64,000 nucleotides of DNA. Source: Gammaproteobacteria bacterium. GTDB taxonomy: Bacteria > Pseudomonadota > Gammaproteobacteria > Enterobacterales > GCA-2746155. Made by a program: the position numbers and the translations under genes. Each line of letters opens with the position of its first letter. Position 1 is the first letter of the stretch. The stretch lies in assembly GCA_002746155.1 (NCBI GenBank), contig NVWF01000014.1:1925-65924 (forward strand), in the 5' to 3' direction. Positions 31,841 to 43,093 of the stretch are shown here, one piece after another. The notes under the pieces are model-generated. The model was not told the DNA's origin. It worked only from the letters and a program-made list of their open reading frames with translations, and ran no database searches.

Positions 31841-32140
31841 AGAGTTTCACTCACAGGATTAACCCGTGCATTCATATACTCTTTTAGTTTTATAAAGTAC
31901 TGCCATGCTATTAGCCCTGCCAAAAAATCAGCTGATGTGGTGTACAGCATGGATGTCATTTCACTATGATGACCATGGCTGTATATGCGGTAATTGTTTT
32001 CACTTATAAAGTCGTTATTGCAGACAAGTATAAACCTTAGAGCATAGTCTAAGGTCAAGGGCTTTTGTATTAAAGTTGAAAATGCAGGCAAATACAGATT
32101 TCGTTGAGATCAAATTATTGGTTACTTTTCTTAATGAGCC

Positions 32141-33376
32141 TTAGTGAGTGACTTTTCCTGAATTCATCACAAAATCCACCGTTAATAATTCTTCAATATT
32201 TTCAAGGGGTGAACCATCCGTTGCTATAATATCGGCCTGTTTACCTTCTTCTATGGTTCCAATTTGATCTGACATACCTAGTAGATCAGCAGCATTGACC
32301 GTGGCAGATTTCAAAATATCCATTTCAGTCATACCCGCTTTAAACATCAAAACAGCTTCTTTAGCATTGTCGCCATGTCTTGAGATACCACTATCGCTAC
32401 CATAGGCAATCTTCACTCCAGCTTTATATGCCTTTGCAAAATTTCCCTTCATATCTGTGCCAACTCTTATGGCTTTTTCCTTAATGGCATCACTCATGAA
32501 ATTAGAATGTTTTACCATTTGAACCACCGTATCTCCCGCCAATAATGTGGGCACTAGATAAGCACCTTTTTTGAGGAATAACTTAATGGCTTTTTTGCCT
32601 GTATAGGTTCCATGTTCAATACTATCAACACCCGCTTCAAGTGCTGCGATTATACCTTCTTCTTCATGGGCGTGTGAGGCAACCTTTCTTCCCATTCTTT
32701 TGGCGGCTAATACAACTTCTTTTAACTCATCCATTTCCATCTGTTGACCAGTACCCGTTGCTCTATCGGTCAAAACGCCACCGGTTGAGGTTATTTTGAT
32801 TAGATCAGCGCCAAATTTTATAGAACGTCTTGTAGCACGACGGCAATCATAGGGCCCATCACAAATGGTTTTTACTGTATACATATCGAGTAACTCATGC
32901 TTTACGCCACTGATATCAGCATGGCCACCGGTAATACCAACACGACCTGCAGCTATTATCCTGGGGCCTACTATCCACCCTTTATTGATAGCATCTCTTA
33001 AAGCATACATATATTGTGGATTTGAGCCCACTTCACGCACTGTGGTAAAGCCTGCTCTCATGGTTTTTTGTGCAAAATGAATACTTCTCATAGCCATCAA
33101 TTCATCTGACATTTTAAGTGTTTCTTTAGTCCTATCAGGGCCTAACTCAAATTGCAGATGCACATGCATATCCATTAGACCAGGCATTACGAAGCTGTTT
33201 TTCAGATCGATTATTTTTGTATCGGATGCAAACTCAGATTGCTTGGTATAACCCTTACTAATAGATTTAATCAAACCGTTTTCAATAACCACCGTTCTTT
33301 CAACTAAAGGTGCTTTACCAGGGACCGCTAGTAGTTTTCCGGCATAAATGACCGTAGTTTCAGCTAGACTTGTCAA
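32141..33376 (-). CDS. Metal-dependent amidohydrolase family protein (apparent frameshift separating it from its signal peptide start)
   Basis: MDMHVHL metal-binding motif and HAHEEEG/IEHG histidines typical of the amidohydrolase superfamily. The TTG start at 33376 sits inside a signal-peptide-like stretch. An SD-preceded ATG at 33431 is in another frame. Confidence 0.8.
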   Translation of the reverse strand: MTSLAETTVIYAGKLLAVPGKAPLVERTVVIENGLIKSISKGYTKQSEFASDTKIIDLKNSFVMPGLMDMHVHLQFELGPDRTKETLKMSDELMAMRSIHFAQKTMRAGFTTVREVGSNPQYMYALRDAINKGWIVGPRIIAAGRVGITGGHADISGVKHELLDMYTVKTICDGPYDCRRATRRSIKFGADLIKITSTGGVLTDRATGTGQQMEMDELKEVVLAAKRMGRKVASHAHEEEGIIAALEAGVDSIEHGTYTGKKAIKLFLKKGAYLVPTLLAGDTVVQMVKHSNFMSDAIKEKAIRVGTDMKGNFAKAYKAGVKIAYGSDSGISRHGDNAKEAVLMFKAGMTEMDILKSATVNAADLLGMSDQIGTIEEGKQADIIATDGSPLENIEELLTVDFVMNSGKVTH

Positions 33377-33799
33377 ACTTGAAGCAATTAGTAGTGATAC
33401 TAAAAGATGCTTTGATGATTATTTTATTCATATTAGCCTCGATTAATTTTTTATTACTGGGTGGCACATCCGAAAAAGCAAAGCGAAATAGTAATGTGCT
33501 TGGGTACTAGAAGTCTACAACTATATAAAAAGATAATTATTGTGAATATTAAGGACTAGGCAGTTGTTTGAGTAAAAATTTGTTTAATGATAGGCGACGA
33601 ATGAAATTTACAATTGCCATTACATGCATATATAGTATATTTTACTATTTAATTGTCATTGACCACAATTAAATTCTATTTTTTGCCACTTATAGACAAA
33701 ATATGCAAACATTCTCTAATCAATAAATGTCATACTATTCTTATAATTAATCATCTTAATCTTACCTACTATTTTCAGCGAAAAGTAAGTTGGCACTAG

Positions 33800-35323
33800 A
33801 TGAGTTTTCTCAACCCTTTTAAGAGTTCAGTGACTATGAGTTTACAAAATACGACTTTAGAAAGCTACTTCAGTAAATTTAAAAAGCAAATCATCGGTGA
33901 TGACTTAACCCACAACTTTGATAATCAAGTGAGACCTGTCATCTACGCTGATTGGACAGCTAGTGGCCGCTTATATGCTCCTATAGAAGATTATATCTCT
34001 AATACGCTTGGACCCTACGTTGCCAATACTCATACAGAGGCTACTCTGACAGGTACAACCATGACGCTTGCTTATCATGAGGCTCAACAGACCATCAAAA
34101 AGCATGTTAACGCTAGTGAGAATGATGTACTGATCATGGATGGTTCTGGTATGACGGGTGTTGTGAATAAATTCCAACGAATTTTAGGCTTGAGAATTCC
34201 TGAGCGATTTAAAGATAACGCTTTTGAAAATGAAGATGATAAACCTCTTGTGATTGTCACCCATATGGAACATCACTCAAATCAAACTTCTTGGCTAGCC
34301 TGTGAAGTTACCCTGGAAATACTCAACGCAGATGTTGATGGACTTCCCTCTCTTACACATTTAGGGGAGCTTTTAACCAAGTATAAAAGTCGTAAGATGA
34401 AAATTGGCGCTTTTTCAGCCTGCTCAAATGTGACGGGTATTGTTACTAATTATTATCAAATGGCTGAACTAATGCATCAACATCAGGGACTGTGTTTTGT
34501 AGATTTCGCTGCGTCCGCTCCCTATCTTAATATCAATATGCACCCAGCTAATCCTTTACAAGAACTTGATGCGATTTTCTTCTCTCCTCACAAGTTTTTA
34601 GGTGGTCCAGGTGCATCCGGTGCCTTGATATTTAATAAATCACTCTATAACAATGAAGTACCCGATAACCCAGGTGGTGGAACAGTACTCTGGACAAATC
34701 CTTGGGGTGAGCATAAGTTTTTTGACAATATTGAAGTTCGTGAGGATGGTGGTACACCAGGATTTTTACAGTGCATCCGAACCGCTCTAGCAATTAAGTT
34801 AAAAGAGGCTATGGGAGTTGAGAAGATGGCTAATCGTGAAAAGCAATTGACTCAAATTTTAATGAACGGTTTCGATTCAATTGATAATTTAATGATGCTT
34901 GAAACTCATCAACGCCATCGCCTGACTATCGTTTCATTTTACATGACTGATATTCATCACAACTTAGTGGTGAGGTTATTAAATGATAAGTTTGGTATTC
35001 AAACCCGAGGCGGCTGTTCCTGTGCTGGAACCTATGGCCATATATTATTAGGCGTGACGAAAGAAACGTCTAATGAAATATCCGATAAAATCAATCAGGG
35101 TGATTTAACAGACAAGCCTGGTTGGATAAGGGTCTCTCTTCATCCAACTACCTCAGATTCAGAAGCAGAATTTATTGTACAAGCCATGAAGGAGATTGTG
35201 GCCAATCATCAAACATGGGCACTAGATTACCAATTCAATAGCTCCAATGGGGAATTTGAACCCAAATACAGATCTGAACAATATGTTGGTCTAGACGGAT
35301 TTGATGCTTGTCCCGTTGATTAA
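33800..35323 (+). CDS. Class-V aminotransferase-fold PLP enzyme (cysteine desulfurase/selenocysteine-lyase-like)
   Basis: SPHKFLGGPG (PLP lysine context), an HHSN motif and about 500 aa. The start may be the second Met at 33836. Confidence 0.75.
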   Translation: MSFLNPFKSSVTMSLQNTTLESYFSKFKKQIIGDDLTHNFDNQVRPVIYADWTASGRLYAPIEDYISNTLGPYVANTHTEATLTGTTMTLAYHEAQQTIKKHVNASENDVLIMDGSGMTGVVNKFQRILGLRIPERFKDNAFENEDDKPLVIVTHMEHHSNQTSWLACEVTLEILNADVDGLPSLTHLGELLTKYKSRKMKIGAFSACSNVTGIVTNYYQMAELMHQHQGLCFVDFAASAPYLNINMHPANPLQELDAIFFSPHKFLGGPGASGALIFNKSLYNNEVPDNPGGGTVLWTNPWGEHKFFDNIEVREDGGTPGFLQCIRTALAIKLKEAMGVEKMANREKQLTQILMNGFDSIDNLMMLETHQRHRLTIVSFYMTDIHHNLVVRLLNDKFGIQTRGGCSCAGTYGHILLGVTKETSNEISDKINQGDLTDKPGWIRVSLHPTTSDSEAEFIVQAMKEIVANHQTWALDYQFNSSNGEFEPKYRSEQYVGLDGFDACPVD

Positions 35324-35338
35324 ACCTAAAAACTATAA

Positions 35339-35415
35339 TGGCGGAGCGGACGGGACTCGAACCCGCGACCACCGGCGTGACAGGCCGGTATTCTAACCAA
35401 CTGAACTACCGCTCC
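35339..35415 (-). tRNA. tRNA-Asp (GUC)
   Basis: The minus strand reads GGAGCGGTAGTTCAGTTGGTTAGAATACCGGCCTGTCACGCCGGTGGTCGCGGGTTCGAGTCCCGTCCGCTCCGCCA. It is 77 nt, folds as a cloverleaf, has anticodon loop CTGTCAC and an encoded CCA. Confidence 0.97.
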
Positions 35416-35570
35416 AATTATACTATTTACGCTACTAATACCTTCAAAGACTAAACTGCAGTACTTTGCGGAGGCGGCATAATACCAGACTAAGCTAGGC
35501 TGTCAACAGGCTGGTTGATATTATTTATATCTTTTTTGAAAGTTTTATATTTTACAGTCAATTAAGATAA

Positions 35571-36626
<1,056 letters not shown>

Positions 36627-36630
36627 TTTG

Positions 36631-38433
36631 TTACTCCAATAACTCGCCCATTTTGATTGCATTAGTTTGATCGCGTTTCTTTATTATTTTAAAGATAAAC
36701 CAGCCAAGTAGGATTAAGAATAAGTTTATACCTAAACCTATGATTAACCATTTAGTCATATCTGAATCGGCCTGATCTTTTTTACTAGAATCTTTATCGC
36801 CAGCATCTTCAATAACTTCAACGATAGGTTCAACTAGCTCTGGCGTTATACTATCAGTGGTAAATTGATAGAAAGGAGGAGAAACTTGAAATTCTCGACC
36901 TGCAGGTGTCACGCCAGTAATCTTTGCCTGAAGCCAATAAACTCCACCTGTTTCAGAAACCTTAAGCTCTATTGCTTGAGTAAAGCCTGTATCAAGAGTT
37001 GCCTTTAATTCTAATTTTTGTTGATCAGGTAACTGAACATCTACGTCTATCTTTAAACTATCCGCTTTAGCAACATCAGTTACTGGTACAAAAAATATTT
37101 TGTGAGCAATATTAACATCACTGCTCAGGCTTGTTTGTATTGCAACAGGGCTATCAAATACATTGATAGCTTGTTGTCTCATGCGGTGAAATGTTGGGCT
37201 TTCCACCGTTGCGCTAATTTGCGTTACACCTGCCTCATCCGGAGTCGATAACTCAATGCTGTAAATTCCATCGGAAGCTTTTTCGTCGACTCCAGTTCCA
37301 TCGTCAAGTAGTTTAAAGACTTCACTCTTACCATTTGCTGAAGTAACTTCAACCTCCATGGACAATAACCTTAGGAAATCAGCTTCTGTAATAACTACAC
37401 CTTCTTGCAGGAGGCGCATCTTGTATTTAAATTTTTCATTGGCTAAGAGGTTGTTAGGTAAAACTGAGCTTTTTATTTTTAAATTACTCACCACCAAAAC
37501 TCTGTTATCAGGATCAATGTCAGCGTAAACTCTCCAATCTCCCGTCATGGGAGCATTGATTGTAATCAGATCGTAGTCTGCTGACTCAAACCAAGTGATG
37601 CGTTCATTATCAGCACCTGCATCATAGGATTCGCCGTCTGGCTGTTCTAAAACAGTGGGCTTTGAATCTTTATTTTTAAATATAAGCAGTGTGAATTCTT
37701 CAATTTGATCATCAATGGAAAAACGATTATCCGTTAAAGGAACTGAGTCTCTTTCTGTTGCTTGTTCAAATATTTTCAGAAATACTTTTTGAAGTTCTGA
37801 CGCATTAGTAACTTTTTGATACCAGCCATCAGTTTCAGCTGCTATGGTTGCTAATAATTTTTCATCCGCATCACCGGACAGGGCAATGGTATGAATTGTA
37901 ATACCCGCTTTTTTATATTGTGGTAGTAATTCCTTTAAAACTTTTCTTCTAGCAGCAGCATTTTCAGCAGGATCTTTTGATACATCCACGACACCGTCAG
38001 TTAAGAGAATCAGACTACGCTTAATATCATCATCGGGCGTTTTCCATCCGAATGAAGCATGTTCCATAGCCCCACCTATGTTGGTGAACAGACCTAGGGA
38101 ATTGATTTTCTTCGCTGACGCCACGGCGTTTTTCTTCCAAGCATTATCCACAGGCCCAAGAGGTACCAACATGTTGACGTACTGACCAAATGTCCAAATA
38201 CCTGCTTGACTGTCAGGAGGCAGCAAGTTGCTCATTAATTGTACAGCTGGAATGCGTAAATTATCAGGATCGTTTAATTTCATGCTTCCAGACATATCAA
38301 CCAATACCCTGACATCACTTGCAGGCTTAGCTGATTTTGTTATAGCGGCAAATATGGATAGCTGAAAGCTCAAGGTTATACTGAGCAATAAAAACAGCTT
38401 AATAGGGTTACGAATTGACTGAATGTTAATCAT
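36631..38433 (-). CDS. Periplasmic von Willebrand factor A (VWA) domain protein with C-terminal membrane anchor
   Basis: Signal peptide ([19 protein letters not shown]), MIDAS motif VLVDMSGSM plus LLTDG, a long beta-rich middle part and a C-terminal TM followed by KKRD. The likely start is the ATG at 38433 rather than 38514. Confidence 0.8.
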   Translation of the reverse strand: MINIQSIRNPIKLFLLLSITLSFQLSIFAAITKSAKPASDVRVLVDMSGSMKLNDPDNLRIPAVQLMSNLLPPDSQAGIWTFGQYVNMLVPLGPVDNAWKKNAVASAKKINSLGLFTNIGGAMEHASFGWKTPDDDIKRSLILLTDGVVDVSKDPAENAAARRKVLKELLPQYKKAGITIHTIALSGDADEKLLATIAAETDGWYQKVTNASELQKVFLKIFEQATERDSVPLTDNRFSIDDQIEEFTLLIFKNKDSKPTVLEQPDGESYDAGADNERITWFESADYDLITINAPMTGDWRVYADIDPDNRVLVVSNLKIKSSVLPNNLLANEKFKYKMRLLQEGVVITEADFLRLLSMEVEVTSANGKSEVFKLLDDGTGVDEKASDGIYSIELSTPDEAGVTQISATVESPTFHRMRQQAINVFDSPVAIQTSLSSDVNIAHKIFFVPVTDVAKADSLKIDVDVQLPDQQKLELKATLDTGFTQAIELKVSETGGVYWLQAKITGVTPAGREFQVSPPFYQFTTDSITPELVEPIVEVIEDAGDKDSSKKDQADSDMTKWLIIGLGINLFLILLGWFIFKIIKKRDQTNAIKMGELLE

Positions 38434-38568
38434 GAATAGCCGCTGTTGTCCTTGGTTTTTATTTCTATTTTTGCAAAGGTTAATAAAGTTTAGCCGATTT
38501 TTCACTGAAACCAAAGTAAAATGGTCATTTCAGTTAAACAGAAATAAAATTAATAGCCTAATTTTCAA

Positions 38569-39015
38569 TTAGTTATTTGGATCAAACCAACCAATTATTC
38601 GATCTTCAATATCATCAACTTCAATTTCTGAAACTACTCGGCCCTGAACGGTCTTATTTGCGAGTTGCATTGATTTTGGATTTCCCGTTACTAATGAATG
38701 CCAAGCTGGTAAATCATCGCCTTGTGCGAGCAACCGATATGAGCAAGAAGCTGGCATCCACTTTAGTTGTAAGATATTGTCAGGCGTTATGGTTATACAG
38801 TCAGGAACTAAGGTTTTACGCTGCTCATATTTAGTACAATGACAAGTGTCGAGATCCAATAGTTTGCATACCACATCGGTTTGCAATATATGGCCTGTAT
38901 CATCTTCTTCAAACTTGAAAATACAACATTTCGCACAGCCATCACAAATAGATTCCCATTCAGAGCTAGTCATTTCTTGCAGTGATTTTGTTTTCCAAAA
39001 TTCATTGCTAGACAT
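38569..39015 (-). CDS. ycgN: YcgN/UPF0260 family cysteine-cluster protein
   Basis: 148 aa with CDGCAKCC and further Cys residues. Located next to ycgL. Confidence 0.8.
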   Translation of the reverse strand: MSSNEFWKTKSLQEMTSSEWESICDGCAKCCIFKFEEDDTGHILQTDVVCKLLDLDTCHCTKYEQRKTLVPDCITITPDNILQLKWMPASCSYRLLAQGDDLPAWHSLVTGNPKSMQLANKTVQGRVVSEIEVDDIEDRIIGWFDPNN

Positions 39016-39019
39016 TAGC

Positions 39020-39289
39020 CTAGTCGTCCTCTGGTGTTAAAAAATTCTGATCATTAAGTATTGTTGGTGGCATTTGCAGATAGAATCCATCTTTTTCTAA
39101 GTGTTGTTTTACCAAGGCTATATCAACTCTTGCGAGCTTATCTCGTTTTGTTAAATTAATTACCATAGAAAATTCAGGTGTACCAAAGGCTTTTATCAAA
39201 CCTTCAGGGATATTTGAAAAGTCATCTCTTGTGAGGGTATAGAGATACATTTCTGTTTTTTTGATACTGCGGTATATATAACAAATCAT
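39020..39289 (-). CDS. ycgL: YcgL domain-containing protein
   Basis: 89 aa starting MICYIYRS.KK.EMYLY, characteristic of YcgL. It overlaps the end of rnd by 4 nt. Confidence 0.75.
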   Translation of the reverse strand: MICYIYRSIKKTEMYLYTLTRDDFSNIPEGLIKAFGTPEFSMVINLTKRDKLARVDIALVKQHLEKDGFYLQMPPTILNDQNFLTPEDD

Positions 39290-40440
39290 GTTTTTAAAGG
39301 TTCCATATTATACCGATTAGTTTCAATTATTTTTATTAGTGGTGCTTGCAACAGCATTTTACGCCAGCCCCGCCAGCCATCTGGAAGTGGATACCAGCTT
39401 GCTGCATGATTTAATAAAAATTGTTCTAACCAACGTTTACTAGGAAGAACTTCAACAGGGATATTATGCTCAAGATGAATGTTCTTCATTAATTCACGGC
39501 AATCATTCAGGGTAATACTTCCAGAATTAATCATTCGTAAATTCAATACAGGATTAACCAATTCCATATTTTGGCTAGAATTCAGCGAAGAGTCTTTGAG
39601 CAGAGAAATTATATCTTTGCCATAGCGTCTTACTACAAAAGGAGGCAAATCACATTTTGTCAATAATTGCTCAGGGGCCTCAGGGTTTTGAATACTTATG
39701 GCAAGAAGCTGAAGGTCCTTTATTATGTGTTGCCTGGGCTTATCAATAATTCGAGCTTGTTGTTCTCTCCAAGTTGCTAATTTTTTCAATCGACCTAAAG
39801 CAGAACCACTGGCCGTTATGGCTTTTTTAACTTTTAGATAGGCCGTATCATCGTTAATGTCTGAAACTTTCTTTTCACATCTTAATACACAGTCTTCTTT
39901 CATATTTTCTAAAAACTGCTTTTCAATTAGGCTCTGCTCTTGCATTAGGCAAATTGAGTTTAAATAAAGTACATCAATGGCAGCGTAATCTAGTTGAGCT
40001 GGACTTAAAGGCCTTTGAAGCCAGTTAGTTCTTGAATGCTGCTTTTCAATCACAAGGCTGTGGTATTCTTCTACTATTTTTTGAAGGCTTAAGGATAAAC
40101 CCATACCTAGCCATGCAGCGGCAATTTGTGTATCAAATAAGTTTTGGATTTTTCCACATCCCATATGATAGAAAAGTTCAATATCTTCACTTGAAGAGTG
40201 CATAACAATTCTAATTTTAGGATCTTCCAAGAGTTCAAAAAAAACACGCAAATTGATATCAGCATTAGGGTCGATGAGACTGACGATTTCACCATCTGAT
40301 ACTTGGAGTAGTCCAGGTTGGGGATAGAAAGTTCTCTCACGTACAAATTCGGTATCCACAGATAACAAAGTGCTATTGTTTAACGTCAAACAGCACTCAT
40401 CCAAATCCTGTTGATTATCAATATATTGGTAGGATATCAC
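39286..40440 (-). CDS. rnd: Ribonuclease D
   Basis: DEDD exonuclease motifs (VDTEF, HSSSEDIE, YAAIDV) plus an HRDC-like region. 384 aa, downstream of fadD as in many gammaproteobacteria. Confidence 0.88.
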   Translation of the reverse strand: MISYQYIDNQQDLDECCLTLNNSTLLSVDTEFVRERTFYPQPGLLQVSDGEIVSLIDPNADINLRVFFELLEDPKIRIVMHSSSEDIELFYHMGCGKIQNLFDTQIAAAWLGMGLSLSLQKIVEEYHSLVIEKQHSRTNWLQRPLSPAQLDYAAIDVLYLNSICLMQEQSLIEKQFLENMKEDCVLRCEKKVSDINDDTAYLKVKKAITASGSALGRLKKLATWREQQARIIDKPRQHIIKDLQLLAISIQNPEAPEQLLTKCDLPPFVVRRYGKDIISLLKDSSLNSSQNMELVNPVLNLRMINSGSITLNDCRELMKNIHLEHNIPVEVLPSKRWLEQFLLNHAASWYPLPDGWRGWRKMLLQAPLIKIIETNRYNMEPLKT

Positions 40441-42122
40441 TAAGTCGCATCACCTTCGGTTGCAGGAGGTCGTAGATCCTTTCTGAGTATTTTACCCACA
40501 TTTGACTTGGGTAACTCATCTAAAAATTCTATATGCTTAGGACGTTTATAACCGGTAAGGTTCTTTTTACAAAAGGCCAAAACCTCTTCCTTTGTAAGAT
40601 CCTTTGATTTGGCAACTATGAAGAGTTTCACAACTTCCCCACACTTTTCATCGGGAACACCAATGGCTGCAAGCTCGAGAATTTTAGGATGCTCTGCTAT
40701 AACCGATTCAAGCTCATTAGGGTAAACATTAAATCCTGAAACCAAAATCATGTCTTTTTTACGATCAACTAACTTAACAAAGCCCTCTTCATTCACTGTG
40801 GCAACATCTCCCGTGGCGAACCAGCCATCGTCAGTAATTGATTCAGCAGTCGCTTCTGGTCGTTGCCAATATCCGCGCATAACCTGAGGGCCTCTAATGC
40901 ATAGTTCACCTGGTTCATTGAAACCAAGTTCATTACCATCATCATCTCTAATGGAGATTTCTGTAGAGGAAATTGGTAAGCCAATGCAGCCACTAAATTC
41001 TTTAGCATCCATGGGATTAACCACAGCAGCTGGTGATGTTTCTGTTAAACCATATCCTTCTATCATCACGGTGTTGGTAAGCTCACCCCATTCTTTTGCA
41101 ACTGAAGGCTGTACAGCCATACCGCCACCAAAAGACATTTTAAGATGACTAAAGTCTACTTTTTCAATACCTGGGGTATTCAGCAAAGCATTAAACAAGG
41201 TATTTACCCCAGTAAAACCGGTAAATCGATGTTTTTGTAATTCTTTGACGAAGCCTGGCATATCACGTGGGTTAGTAATCAGAATGTTCATGCCACCTAT
41301 TTCGGTAAAGAGTAGGCAGTTAGCCGTTAATGAAAATATATGATAAAGAGGTAACGCTGTAATAATCACTTCATCGTCAGTATTTAAAGCGGTGGTAAAC
41401 CAAGCTTTAGACTGTAGAACATTCGACAGCATATTGTTATGGGTGAGAACAGCACCTTTAGCTACACCTGTGGTACCACCCGTATATTGTAAAAATGCGA
41501 TATCATCCTTGGTTATATCAACTTGAGTAAAGGCTTTTGTCTTACCTTTATTCAAAGCATCAACAAAACCATCATAATTTGGAAGGTTAAACTCAGGCAC
41601 CATTTTTTTAACTGACTTGATCAGCCAATTTAGCAGGCTGCGTTTAGGCCAAGGGCACATATCTGCAATTTCTGTCACCACGATTCGTCTTATAGGGGTT
41701 TCGTCAATCACATCTGCCAGAACATGTGCAAAATTTGCCAGAATAATAATAGCTTCTGCCCCTGAGTCACTTAACTGATGGCGTAATTCTCGACTGGTAT
41801 ACATGGGGTTTACATTCACAGCTACCATGCCCGCTCTTAAAATACCGTAAAGTGTGATGGGATACTGTAATAAGTTCGGCATCATTATAGCAACCCGTGC
41901 ACCCTTTTTTAGCTTTAAGGTATGCTGCAAGTAACTTGCAAACTGTTTGGACTTTTCATCCAACTGTTTGAACGTTAGGGTGACTCCCAAATTTGTGAAG
42001 GCATTTTTATCTGCATATTTTGTCAAGGACTGTTCTATGAGAGAGACTAGAGAATCGTAATTGTCCGTATTAATATGTTCTGGTACCCCAGCTGGGTAAT
42101 TCTTTAACCACACCTTTTCCAT
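40440..42122 (-). CDS. fadD: Long-chain-fatty-acid--CoA ligase
   Basis: AMP-binding signature YTGGTTGVAKGA and a GYGLTE motif. 560 aa. Confidence 0.9.
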   Translation of the reverse strand: MEKVWLKNYPAGVPEHINTDNYDSLVSLIEQSLTKYADKNAFTNLGVTLTFKQLDEKSKQFASYLQHTLKLKKGARVAIMMPNLLQYPITLYGILRAGMVAVNVNPMYTSRELRHQLSDSGAEAIIILANFAHVLADVIDETPIRRIVVTEIADMCPWPKRSLLNWLIKSVKKMVPEFNLPNYDGFVDALNKGKTKAFTQVDITKDDIAFLQYTGGTTGVAKGAVLTHNNMLSNVLQSKAWFTTALNTDDEVIITALPLYHIFSLTANCLLFTEIGGMNILITNPRDMPGFVKELQKHRFTGFTGVNTLFNALLNTPGIEKVDFSHLKMSFGGGMAVQPSVAKEWGELTNTVMIEGYGLTETSPAAVVNPMDAKEFSGCIGLPISSTEISIRDDDGNELGFNEPGELCIRGPQVMRGYWQRPEATAESITDDGWFATGDVATVNEEGFVKLVDRKKDMILVSGFNVYPNELESVIAEHPKILELAAIGVPDEKCGEVVKLFIVAKSKDLTKEEVLAFCKKNLTGYKRPKHIEFLDELPKSNVGKILRKDLRPPATEGDAT

Positions 42123-42234
42123 TCAGTTGTCCTTATTTTAATGATTATTTATTCTGATTTATTCTTTTGAGGTAAACCTTACCCAAAGAAATATCTTCGG
42201 TCAACGTGTATCAATTATTAGTGCTTTGCAAAAC

Positions 42235-42264
42235 CTGACCGATATCATAAACTAATGCTATAAT
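42235..42264 (+). promoter_or_regulatory. Candidate sigma70 promoter with extended -10 for the dual-receiver gene
   Basis: TGcTATAAT at 42256-42264, and cTGACc about 18 bp upstream. The gene has SD aaGAAGGA 7 nt before the GTG at 42293. Confidence 0.4.
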
Positions 42265-42292
42265 ATTGTTAAACTTTAAGAAGGATAATCAA

Positions 42293-43093
42293 GTGCCTTT
42301 TAATATTAGTGACCTCTATATTTTACTTATTGAGCCATCGACGACTCAACGAAAGTTTATCATACAACACCTTGAAGAAGCTGGAATTGGCTCTATTACT
42401 GGCGTAGTGAGTGGTGAAGAAGCCCTTGAGTCTATGGCAAATGATTTACCTGATCTGGTGGTTAGTACCATGTATTTCTCAGATATGACAGGCATAGAGT
42501 TGGTCACTAAAATGCGCGAGGATCCAACTACTGAAGCAATACCCTTCATGCTAATTTCTAGTGAATCAAGTTTTAGAATGCTTGAACCTATTCGTCAAGC
42601 CGGCGTAATAGCTATGTTGCCAAAACCTTTCACCAATGAAGATTTAAACAGAGCCCTACTTGCCACCGTTGCCTATATAGAACCGGGTGAACTTGATTTG
42701 GAACTCTACGAAGTTGAAAATTTAAATGTATTAGTTGTTGATGACTCTAACCTAGCGAGAAAATATATCTGCAATGTAATAACTGAAATGGGCATTTTAA
42801 GAGACAATATTGTTTTGGCTGAAGATGGCAAAGATGCCCTCAGTAAATTTTCTGAGCAAGAATTTGATCTAGTAATAACCGATTTGAATATGCCAATCAT
42901 GGACGGTAACGAGCTTATTGAACATATCCGCAATGAATCTGCCCACCCTTATGTCCCTATCATGATGGTTACCAGTGAGTCAGATAATGCTAGGCTTGAG
43001 CATGTTCAACAGGCTGGAGTGTCGGCTATTTGCGATAAACCTTTTGAACCAGCCCATGTTAAACAGTTACTTGCTAGTATCATGAATCACTAA
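42293..43093 (+). CDS. Stand-alone response regulator with two tandem receiver (REC) domains and no output domain
   Basis: REC1 has LLIEPS...DLVVSTMYFSDMTG...LPKPF. REC2 has VLVVDDS...DLVITDLNMPIMDG...CDKPF. The GTG start at 42293 is preferred over the TTG at 42266 on RBS and promoter grounds. Confidence 0.8.
   Translation: MPFNISDLYILLIEPSTTQRKFIIQHLEEAGIGSITGVVSGEEALESMANDLPDLVVSTMYFSDMTGIELVTKMREDPTTEAIPFMLISSESSFRMLEPIRQAGVIAMLPKPFTNEDLNRALLATVAYIEPGELDLELYEVENLNVLVVDDSNLARKYICNVITEMGILRDNIVLAEDGKDALSKFSEQEFDLVITDLNMPIMDGNELIEHIRNESAHPYVPIMMVTSESDNARLEHVQQAGVSAICDKPFEPAHVKQLLASIMNH

Noticed and set aside
31751-32091. ORFs 31751..31969 (+) and 31837..32091 (-) at the right edge of the islet
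   Set aside because: The first runs through the dead tyrS fragment in antisense. The second has no recognisable motif or RBS. The region looks like decayed sequence.
33455-33480. TGGCAC motif (gggTGGCACatccgaaaaagca) as a sigma54 promoter, and a second TTGGCAC at ~33790
   Set aside because: No TTGC-type -12 element lies at the required N5 spacing. The GC dinucleotide is about 3 nt too far away. The second motif sits directly on the start codon of the aminotransferase-fold gene.
35324-35570. tRNA-Asp as a genomic-island integration site
   Set aside because: There is no integrase, no duplicated tRNA 3' end and no compositional break on either side. The flanking genes look native.
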